DNA from: Dicyema japonicum
Lineage: Eukaryota > Animalia > Dicyemida
Direction: 5' to 3'
Length of the DNA: 64,000 bases
Assembly (NCBI GenBank): GCA_011109175.1
Contig: RDEW01000049.1
Coordinates: 246,945-310,944 of the forward strand
In this document: piece after piece, positions 54,009 to 64,000 of the stretch
Layout: every line of letters begins with the position of its first letter
Position numbering within the stretch: the stretch's first letter is position 1
The notes under the pieces: generated by a model
Told to the model about the DNA's origin: nothing
The model's database searches: none
The model's input: the letters and a program-made list of their open reading frames with translations, nothing else
Position numbers and translations under genes: made by a program

Positions 54009-55283
54009 TCACAAATTAATGACTCTACTCAACTTTTGCATTCTATTAAGAAGTTTATCCCCCAATCGGACGATATTCTAAATAAACAATCCACTAAACC
54101 AGATAATGAACATTCCTATCATCCTTTCTAACGGTTTCCACCGTCCCATCCACCTTGTTAATACTACACTGCAGCTTCCCACATCCCACATACATCGACA
54201 GCTCATCATCAATGTATTGCTCGGTCACTCCAAACAGATCAGCCATGTACCGAATGGAAAGGCTGGAGTAGGATTCCAATAGCTGCTTGTACGCCTTCAG
54301 CTTCACCTGACTCACATAGTGGGAGTAATGGGCCCTCATATACCGATCTCCCTTCATAAAAAGCTCCACACTTGCTGCCATCAAATTAACCACAACCCAA
54401 AGACTGGAAGAACTCCTTGTAGTTGCAGAAATAGAAGGAGGAGAAGAAGGCCCTCGCCAGTGGGAGCTCGTGGAAAGCCTCCTGAATGTCAGAACAGTGT
54501 ATTATCTAGAATGAAGAAGAAAGACCACATTTTTCTTCATCGCCGACCTGGTCATGGCCAGCATGTAGCAGAGGACGGTGTAGAAAATGAACTCTTTGAA
54601 GTCCATAAGCTCAGTGGAGGTGTAGGTGGCAACTCCATCCTGAAACGACTTAGAGGCTCCTACGAAGTCCCTGATTGTCATTAGGTAGAGTCCCCTGTAT
54701 ATCTTCAACCTATTCCTCTGCTCCCAATCTCCAGCATCGTCCACAAATCTTAATTTGAGGGATTTTTTACTTTTGAGTCTTTGTAATCGACTTCTTCATC
54801 ATCTGGCCGTCCATGTAGAAGAGGGCGATCCTCATTTTGAGAAAGTGGTACTGCAAATTCTGCCCCATCGTATTGGCCTTCTCTATGAGTCCGTCCAGGA
54901 TGCTCAGGGAGAGGTCCTTGTCACCAATGGAGGCGTAATATTTGGCCTTCTTGTAGTTTAGCTGCTTTAATTCGACTTCACCGAGGTTTTCTGTGGCATA
55001 TTCTATCTCCTTGTCAAGCTGGGAGATATATTGGCGGTTATTTTCGGTCATTTTTGCGAGGATATTCTCATCTAGTGGACAATTAAGTTCACTACAGGCA
55101 GTTTTATAGAAACCGGACATATCTGAGTGATTAGAAAGACTTACCATTGGAAATGATTGTGGTGTACAGTTCATCTTGAATGGACTTTCCATCCTCGTGA
55201 GTTACCCCGTTGGAAAGTTGGAATATCCACTTGGCCACTTTCAGATTAGGCACCTTCTCTGCGATCTCCTCACTTACAGCCAT
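54009..55283 (-). CDS. PSMD6: 26S proteasome lid subunit Rpn7, 5 micro-introns
   Basis: Spliced MAVSEEIAEKVPNLKVAKWIF...DMSGFY...ENLGEVE...IGDK...GDWEQRNRLKIYRG...QLLESYSSL...LLNRMQKLSRVINL*. Confidence 0.95.
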
Positions 55284-56229
55284 AACGACAACACACTTTA
55301 ATTTTATATTTTTATTTAATTTAATATTTTTTTATTTTATTATTATTATTTCTTATGGATTACGCATCTACGAGGCCTCCTGGCTTGACGAGTGACCCCG
55401 TCATCTGATACCTCACTTCCTAACCGGATTGTCTAAAGGGCCTTAATGGAATCAAGAGAAAACAAAGTCAAGAATATGTCCCCTTCCAACGATTAGCTAT
55501 CATAGCTGTTATTTACACTAAAAAAAAGTGCGTTTCCGCCTCTATGAAAGACCCTACCCCTTTTAAGACTCTAGTCAAGGGGACTAGCCCACAGTTCAAC
55601 TCATATAAGCCACTACTTTACAACGATAATACTGAGAGTATTAGAGATCTAGGAAAGAACAGGATGAGGAGACTACTGAGAAAGATCGAGATTACCTATT
55701 ACCTGCTTTCACTTAATTATTTCCGGGTCTTATAATAATAACCACGTGGGGACTCTTTTTGATTTGAGTTTATTCCACTGAGAAAGATCGAGATTACCTA
55801 TTACCTGCTTTCACTTAATTATTTCCGGGTCTTATAATAATAACCACGTGGGGACTTTTTTTGATTTGAGTTTATTCCTCGTAGCGCAGACCTGACGTTA
55901 TCTCTCACATAACAGCAAAAAAACTTTTACCCTTTCCCAATTTGGCACTTTGGTAGAACACGCTCTTCGCGATCAAATCATGAATTCAGGGTTTCGAGGA
56001 AAGGCGGTTCTATATGATTGTGTTAGTACTCACATGTCACTGGTTGAAAGGAGTTGAACCTTTCACGTGGGTCACTGGAGAATATCTATCACATTGTTAT
56101 TATTATATTCTGTTTCGGGAATTTAAGATAACCTGGGTGGAAGTCACGTGTCTCAATCCTATATAAACTCGTATATACAACCCCTTTGCTTTCTCTTTTT
56201 ACTTTATAATTCAGGGACTGACCAATAAT

Positions 56230-56950
56230 CTAAAAAACCATGGCAATCTAGAAATCTCTAGGAAATGGTGGAGATTCTTGTCGAGTCACTTTCGACGAGG
56301 GCTGGATTCTTTATACCAATATGGTGGATGTAATCCCTTGTCCCCATCATTGTATTGTGCTTTGGAGACATCGAATATGAATATCGTTACTAAAGGAACT
56401 GTCTGATAAGCCATCTTGGGTTCCAACGTATGAGGCACATAAGTTGATGGGCAATGTAGGAACACATGGGGTCAGACAGATCATCGTAATGAACTCTTAA
56501 AGGACTTCTACTATGTCTCTGACTTAAGCAATGTCTGGTATTTGGTATGGTATTTCTCTGTCACGATAAAAATGAACTTTCTACCAAAGTCAGGATCGAT
56601 AGTCTAGGATATTCTAAACCGAATAAAGTAGTGGAATTAGTGCTAAAATCAGAAACAATGTCTTGTTGTCCTCTAGAAAAATTTTCATAACATACATTGT
56701 GAGATCTTTCACCAGTGATAAGAGAGGTGACTCAACATTCAAAAATCCCCGAGATCTAGCCGCTTTGAAAATCGGAGACTAAGGATTACAGACCATAATA
56801 ATCCAGTTTGGTATAATAATTCTCATTTATAAGTAATCTATTTGAATACTGGCGGTTTATCCGGAGGCATTGGTAGAGAGGATTCTAATTGTTCGATTGG
56901 AGGGGGATCACAGAAAAGAATGGATATGGAAATAAGGTGAGCAACAAATA
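56230..56950 (-). CDS. Probable unrecognised gene with micro-introns
   Basis: Short open frames joined by textbook micro-introns such as gtatgttatgaaaatttttctag (23 nt). Product and limits uncertain. Confidence 0.25.
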
Positions 56951-57329
56951 CTAATTTGTATGCAAGTCAGTTAATTTGGAGTTAAATGCCGTTTTTGCGA
57001 AGCTAATAATTCTGTTCGATGTCCCCAGGGAAAACTGGGGAGATCCAATCTGATCTTTGGATACGATATCTTTAGTTAGTTAGTTAAGTAACCTCGGGCT
57101 TACTAACTCGTAGGGGACCAGCGGCTTTTAAGTAGGACGCAGCAAATGCCAGTCACTCCCATAGATTAATCAGTCTTCCCATTGTAGACGAACAATGTAC
57201 TAATTCGCAACCTTCAAAAAGTTGATTTGTCATCAACTTTGAGAGGTTGGGAATGGAACTTTTATATTATCCAGTTTACATACGTCAGTGGAGAGGGGGT
57301 GGTGCCCAACAGGTTTGCCATCACAAGAG

Positions 57330-57815
57330 ATACCAACTCGTATGCGACCTAGCCACAAGAAGAAAATAGGACTAAAAACCAAGCTTAAAATATACAAAGC
57401 TTTTTCTCATCCCAGTACTAACCTACAACTCTGGGATTTGGGGAATCTCTAAACGGGAAATGGACCGTCTTGACTCTTTCCACAGAGCTCAGCTCAAATC
57501 AGTAATCAAGATTAACTGGCCTATGAAGATCTCTAATGCAAACCTTTATAATAAATGCAATTACGGCGTGCTGTCAGATGATATTTTCAAATCAAGATGA
57601 AGCCTCTTTGGCCACGTGTTACGTCTAAATAACCAGGTCCCCGCAAATGTCGCAATGGATAACTACTTCGCACACACAGGAGCCGGATTTCGCGGAAGGC
57701 CAAGAACGACACTTTTGACTATCCTGAACGAAGACCTATCGGCGGTTGGTATGAAACATACTTCGGCGGACGATCTGGACTACCTAAGAGAACTAGCGCG
57801 TAACAGAGGTACCTA
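57330..57815 (+). mobile_element. RTE-like LINE 3' fragment
   Basis: FGHVLRLN.QVPANVAMDNYF..GFRGRPRTTLLTILNEDL...DDLDYLRELARNR. Confidence 0.75.
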
Positions 57816-58410
57816 AGAGAACTAATAAATAACAGGCTGTTTACTAATTAAGTCAGAATTCGCTAATTGTTCTTTTTTGATTATTTCGCTGCTGTAATTT
57901 CCTGCCGAAGGTTCCACTCATAACTATGCTTTGGCTTGACGAGGGACACCGTCATCAGTGAACATTTCACTACGGAACTGGATCGTATATATAAAAACTA
58001 TCCTAGAATAGGTATCACGTGTCTAAAAATAACCAGGCTTCACTAAAAAGATTTTAAACTTTTTTCAGTATTTTTGAAGTCTGAAAAAAAGTTTCACTAA
58101 GAACAGGATTACAAGGTGTTCGAGATGAGAGGATTTGTTCTCCTCAGGCGTCTGATGACTGAGCCGAATACCATAGAAGGTCTTTAGTTGCGGATGTGAG
58201 ACGCAATTCAATTTGTCCGAATTTTCAAAAACCGCAGTATTAAGGATTTCATGAATCATGTGAGCTTCCCGAGGGATTTCTACTAAAAAAGAGCTTGTAG
58301 TTTTTGGATCCCCAAGAACTGTATGTCCAATGAAAAGAGTTCTACATGACGAGCAACAACAATTCAATGAGATAGCCAGGCTTAGGGTGGACTGTATGTC
58401 CAATGAGATA

Positions 58411-58675
58411 GCCGGGTGGCATAGTGGTTAGGTGTCGGGCTTAAGTGGCTTAGGTTACAGGTTCGATTCTCGCTGCTGTTCACCTGGTGGAAGGTTCCAC
58501 GCATCTACGATGCAGAAAAGGTTTGACGAGTGACGCCGTCATCAGTGGATACTCACTGCGTAATTGGATTGTCTAGAAAGGACCCACACACAAGAAAAAG
58601 AAGTGAAGATCATTTTTTGGTTCTACGATTAGTTAAAATTAACTGTTCTTTACTTAAATAAAGTGTGCGTCCTGT
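58411..58675 (+). mobile_element. tRNA-derived SINE family A, apparently full length
   Basis: A-box TGGCATAGTGG and B-box GGTTCGATTC followed by the body shared with 2862-3050. Partial copies near 28228, 32300-32375 (-), 44360, 46905, 55362 and 57905. Confidence 0.8.
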
Positions 58676-58954
58676 CTATGCGGAGCTATAAATACTATGG
58701 CTCTTGTGAAAAGGCTTTAAAAAAAGCAACAATTGGTTAAACTTGAAGGGGCTGGGAATTGATCGCTTTAAAAATTTTTCCAGCCAAGAACAAATGTCTC
58801 TTAAGTTAGGCGGATCCCACGACACCTCTAAGGACTTAATGAACCAAATAGAAGAATTCCTCGACTGAATAGGTAACGGTGTCATATACACACAGTGACA
58901 AACTTTACCATTTAAAAGTCAAAAATTTAAAAAAGTCAGATATTAATTCTTATG

Positions 58955-59620
58955 TTATGTTGTCAAATTAAGTCGTGTCCGACTCTTGGAGATCTCATGA
59001 ACGAGTTTCCTCCACTCTCCCCGATCCGTTGCAATTTGGAGTAGCCTTGATATAGGCATTCCCGTGACGTCTTCCACCGTGGATAGCCACCGAGTCCTCG
59101 GTCGGCCAGGTCTTCTCTTCCCAGTAATATTGCTCAGCATAATGGTTCTTTCCAGTGAATCAGAGCGGACAACATGCCCAAAGAACGCCAATCTGTGTTT
59201 TACGATTCTTCCCTCTAGCGAAATGTCAATCTCTACCCGTTTGAGTACATCGATGTTTGTTATTTTGGAAGTCCAAGGGATTCTTAGTAACCTCCTCCAG
59301 CACCACAGCTCAAAAGCATCTATTTTTCGTATATCCGCCTTTTTCAATATCAATGATTCTGCGCCGTATAGAAAAACCGGGAACACGATTGCATTAACTA
59401 GTCTGCATTTCGGTCCTTAAGGAAATATCTTTGTTTTTCCAAATTCTATTCAATCTCTGGAAGGTGTCTCGTCCCATGGCAATTCGCCTCTTGATTTCCA
59501 AGCCTCCATCACCATTCCGATTAATTAGACATCCCAGAAAGACAACATTATCGCAACTCTATAATTCTTAATTTTAATAATATCTGAATCCCCAGCATCA
59601 TGAATGGCCATCACTGAAAC
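58955..59620 (-). mobile_element. RTE/BovB-like LINE 3' part, nearly intact
   Basis: EIKRRIAMG..F..L.RIWKNKDIS...VFPVFLYGAES...IDAFELWCWRRLLRIPWT...FFGHVVR...GKRRPGRPRTRWL. Confidence 0.9.
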
Positions 59621-60334
59621 TCTAGAGCGTTTCCCGCAGGCGATCCCTAGTTCGTTGTTGTTTCCCTTATAGTGATGAATTGGGACCTTNCACTAAAATG
59701 TAATAAGATTATAAACCTTCGAGCATCTAAAACGCGTGTATGACTAAAAAAACATCCAATGCACAAAAATTCTTGACGAATCACGTCAGAATCAAATCTA
59801 TACCTAAATAAAGTAAAATTGAAATATCCGATAAACTTTGAGTCTTTGAATTGATTAATCAACAAAGTCCAGAATTTTCAGATTTTAGTTCAAGCATGTT
59901 CGTCCGTCAGCTTTGAGTGATTCGTCTTTAGAAAGTAGATTGTGTTGAAAAATGAAATGCTGGAAATGAACTTGAATTTTTAAATTTAATAATTTCTTTA
60001 ATGCTCGTACGTCGCCTCGGCCCAACATGGTCAAGGCTAATAAAACTACAAAGTTTTCTATAGCAGAATCAACTTAAATATACTAATAAGTTTACCTCTG
60101 ACAGTAAAAATTCTGTAGAACGCAAAAATTGAGAGATCCACTTAAAAAAATAAACCATCAAATGTCACTAATCAAAAAAAATTTTAATCCTTGTCTAAGA
60201 AAAAATTAATTTGTTTGAAAAAATATAAAATAGATAAAATCTAATTATTTAAATAACAACTAAAATAACAAAAGCATATATTTAACCAAAATATTTAATT
60301 TAAGCCTTGTTCTTTATCCATATACATGAAACTT

Positions 60335-60440
60335 TAACTCTAAACACTAACTCTACCCAAAAACCCTTAAATCCTAACCAAAATCCATGAACACAAACCC
60401 TAATTAAAAACCCTAAATATTAACCCTAACCCTTAAACCC
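60335..60440 (+). repeat. Degenerate interstitial (CCCTAA)n-like array
   Basis: taactctaaacactaactctaccc...aaaccctaa...ttaaccctaacccttaaaccc. Confidence 0.6.
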
Positions 60441-60492
60441 GCAAAGGTGCAAATTATTAAACAAATTTATTAGTTAAATCAGAAAACCATAT

Positions 60493-61128
60493 TTACAGTA
60501 AATCATATTTAAAACTGCCATCCAAAGTGGACCCCGCCGACATTATCGACGTTGCGTTGCCTCTCACGATTGCAACAGAAATCAACTGGAGTAGCCACCG
60601 GGTCTCACGTGCGTCGTGGCTTTTTAGTGTAGCTAAGCGTCCAAGTTTCTTTAGGAAGCGAAGGGATTTTCCAATTATTCCACCAGTTGTCTCTACCACT
60701 ATCGGATAAAACGCGAATCGGTCGCGTATCGCTTCGTATTTCTTCTTTTGCTCTCATCGTTTTTTCCGCGAAATACAGTTTGTCTACCACGCTCCCGTCA
60801 ATGTTGGACGGGCAAAGCGTGTCGACACAAGTAGCGTCCAAGACCAAAGGTTTCCCCTCTTCGAATGGGAAAATTGTGATCCCGTCGGAACGTTTTCGTC
60901 TCCTCTGTCCAGACCAACAAATTCTAGTATGGCTGGGTATCTCGCAGACTCCAGGGCTCGCTTGACAATTCCGTTGATCGCCTTGATCTTGGGAATCGTC
61001 CTGCACTCCTTCGACATGAGAGGGCATGGAGTCCATAACAATCGACGGTTGCGCCACAACGGCATTTGTGGGTCCGGCAAATCTCCAGTCCAAGTCTGGT
61101 GGAGATGCCGATGCGGACAGTATCGTCG
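60493..61128 (-). mobile_element. CRE-like non-LTR retrotransposon, zinc knuckle plus restriction-like endonuclease, cut by a gap
   Basis: [27 protein letters not shown](P)DGITIFPF..GKPL..DATCVDT, VETTG...FLKKLG...ISVAIVRGNA. Confidence 0.8.
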
Positions 61129-61564
61129 NNNNNNNNNNNNNNNNNNNNNNNNNNNNNNNNNNNNNNNNNNNNNNNNNNNNNNNNNNNNNNNNNNNNNNNN
61201 NNNNNNNNNNNNNNNNNNNNNNNNNNNNNNNNNNNNNNNNNNNNNNNNNNNNNNNNNNNNNNNNNNNNNNNNNNNNNNNNNNNNNNNNNNNNNNNNNNNN
61301 NNNNNNNNNNNNNNNNNNNNNNNNNNNNNNNNNNNNNNNNNNNNNNNNNNNNNNNNNNNNNNNNNNNNNNNNNNNNNNNNNNNNNNNNNNNNNNNNNNNN
61401 NNNNNNNNNNNNNNNNNNNNNNNNNNNNNNNNNNNNNNNNNNNNNNNNNNNNNNNNNNNNNNNNNNNNNNNNNNNNNNNNNNNNNNNNNNNNNNNNNNNN
61501 NNNNNNNNNNNNNNNNNNNNNNNNNNNNNNNNNNNNNNNNNNNNNNNNNNNNNNNNNNNNNNNN
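61129..61564. other. Scaffold gap (run of N)
   Basis: Continuous N bases. Confidence 1.
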
Positions 61565-62164
61565 CACTTATGCCAAATGCATGGCTCAATGTATTGACAT
61601 TGAATTCAAAATGGGATGATTTTCGATATTCCATAAGGCAGAGAGACATTTCAACAGATTAGTCTTTTATTCACATTTGTTATAACTAGGACGAGTTTTT
61701 GACTATGACAAATTTATCTATAAAATTTTTTAAATATTAAAAAATAATCAAAAAATTTATTAAAATATAAAATAATGTAATTAAACACGTATTCAGGTTA
61801 AAAATTTCGGTCTTTAGCAAATAATTTTAGCAATAATAAAACTCTAATAGATCATGTGATAGAAGATTTTTTCAAATATCCGTATACGCATAGAAAAACA
61901 TGTTGTTTTTCAATTTTGTATTAGAAAAAAATACTTTTAACTAATTAATTAATTAAAAAATAGTAATAGAAAATCTAAATTTCAGATACTTTTTAATTCC
62001 GCATAAATCGAGAAAAACATGTTGTTTTTCAATTTTGTATTAGAAAAAAATACTTTTAACTAATTAATTAATTAAAAAATAGTAATAGAAAATCTAAATT
62101 TCAGATACTTTTTAATTCCGCATAAATCGTTTACTACAATTTTTGGGAAGCTTAGGAAGAAATA

Positions 62165-62830
62165 CCGTATTTGCCGGTGGATAAGTCGACTCGTTGTATA
62201 AGCTGACCCCCTACTATTTACTTTGTAACCCTTGATATTACGCGCCGAGAGAGACTAACAGCAATGAACACTTTTAGAAAGTGAATTATTTTTAGAAACT
62301 TTTTTTTGTGATTGTAATTACTACACTCTTCACAAAAATTTCTTGCAAAGATCAATTCAATTATAGAAGTGAATGAAATAAAATGATAACCTCGTAAACC
62401 CATGTCTAAACGAATGAATTACTCTGCCAAGTACAAACTGCAAGTTGTAAACTTTGCCGAAGAAACTAACAACTGTGCTGCCTAAAAAAGTTGGCGAAAA
62501 TGAGAAACTAGTAAGAGATTGAGAACACATTGCAACACAGCTAGCAGTGATGCCAAGAAACAAATGTGCTAATAGAGGGAAAAGCTACCAGTGGCCAGCA
62601 CTTGAACAAGAACTTGTATGGTGGGTCGAAGAGCAACGAAAGTGTGGGTTTGTCGTCACAAGAAATATGATTCGTCTGCGAGCTTTGGCTTGTGCCAAAC
62701 AAAGCAAGATTACCGATTTCAAACGAACTATAAGTTGGTGTTCACGATTTTTAAAGAGAAATGACCTTGTGCACGACAAAGAACTAAACTTGCTCAGAAA
62801 CTGGCTAAAGAATTAGAGAAAAAGATAACT
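62165..62830 (+). mobile_element. pogo/Tigger-family transposon 5' part
   Basis: TA followed by CCGTATTT...TATAAG terminal repeat. MSKRMNYSAKYKLQVVNFAEETNNCAA (Brinker-type DNA-binding domain) and WPALEQEL..WV.EQR..G..VTRNMIR..A...F..SWCSRFLKRN (Tc5 HTH); frameshifted. Confidence 0.8.
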
Positions 62831-64000
62831 CTCATTCAAAAAAAAGTTTCTTCTGCAAGGCAAGTATGATAAAACCCATACCACTCCTCGACTGCTTTTA
62901 ACCAAGTCGTATTCAACTCTGTTTAGAGGTAATTTTATCTTTTTTTAATATGCTAGCTGCGTCTTTTCTGTAAAGTAAATTTTTATTGTCATCTTTATCA
63001 ACTTATAAACCAATATGGACATATAAATTGCTTCATATATCATTTTAATTGATTACTTCCAAGCATATTTATGTTAAAATTCCATTTCCATCAAAATTAT
63101 AGTTTTTTTACCTCAATAAAATTTTTTCAATAAAATTCCCCTTCTGAGCAGAATTATTTTTGGGAGGATGGCCAATTTCCACTCTGACTCCAGCCAGCCA
63201 TGGGTTTGAAGCCCATTCTCCGGACCACCGAAGCTCACATTCAGATGTCAGTGAGGGTTTGAAGAGGATGAATTCTTCCCTTTCATGTGAGCCTGAATCT
63301 ATCCCTGGTATTTTACTAAAACACTTGTGGTGATGCAATTACAGTGATTTTAAACTATTCAATAAATATGAATACAATTCCAACTATCTGGAAACTGTTC
63401 TATATACGCCCAAATCGATTTACAAAAAGCTCTGTGTTAAGGAAAATCTTAACCCGGAAATTGTTTGCCATCCCCGTTAACCCCCATATAAACTTTACAA
63501 TTTACAAATTGTTTAGAAAATTGCATTTTTTTACCCTCTCATCGGCCTACCGACATTATGGTCTCGGATTTGCATTCCATCAGTACCTGATCCACTGTGT
63601 TACAAGAGTTTAGGGAGCATCTGACATTATAATGGAAATGGCGGATGACCTAGATTACCTAAGAGAACTAGCACGCAACAGAAAATCATGATCGAGGCTG
63701 ACGTAGAGGATGATTAGGAATAAACTAATTTTATGTTTTCTCGGGAGTGTTTTTTAATAAAAATATGCAAGAAATTTATTAGTGTATTCAAATATATATG
63801 GATTCCTTAGATCAAACCATCTTTTCTAAATCTATAATAAATGCATTTAAAAAACTCAAAATAGCTTCGGTAAGTTACTTTTGCATAAATTTTCTACATA
63901 GAATATTTTTAAATAGTATATTTTTACATAGAAGTAAGTAAAACAATATCCTAATACCCTCAAACAAGTTTTGTGAAATTTACTGTTCAACTAATTGCAA

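Noticed and set aside
58520-58560. Hammerhead ribozyme in SINE A or B (CTGATGA on the minus strand)
   Set aside because: SINE A lacks GAAA after stem II. SINE B has GAAA but no closing pair and no stem I/III complement.
60605-61662. Long ORFs containing X runs
   Set aside because: Produced by reading through the N gap.

Overview
AT-rich eukaryotic (metazoan) draft-assembly scaffold in the standard genetic code. The ORF track looks fragmented because genes are interrupted by very short spliceosomal introns. About 55-60 introns were parsed by hand and essentially all are 21-25 nt. That size fits a highly compacted parasitic animal; from memory, 21-26 nt introns are reported for the dicyemid Dicyema, but the organism is an inference. 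After splicing, the recognisable genes are a reprolysin-type metalloprotease, LARS1, a CD225/dispanin protein, RAB21, a PP1 glycogen-targeting subunit, a mitochondrial TFB-like protein, ALDH3, PSMC3, casein kinase 1, SF3A2, malectin and PSMD6. They lie among decayed LINEs (RTE, R4/Dong-like, CRE-like, Jockey/CR1-like), tRNA-derived SINEs, hAT and pogo remnants, rve-integrase remnants and minisatellites. The strongest observation is two 23-nt introns, in PSMC3 and ALDH3, that must be removed to restore conserved protein sequence but end in TG instead of AG, with no usable AG nearby. Other introns skip closer CAG/AAG acceptors or use GAG. Together this suggests 3' splice sites are chosen mainly by distance from the donor. 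Many local tandem duplications, often around a single N, are assembly artefacts.
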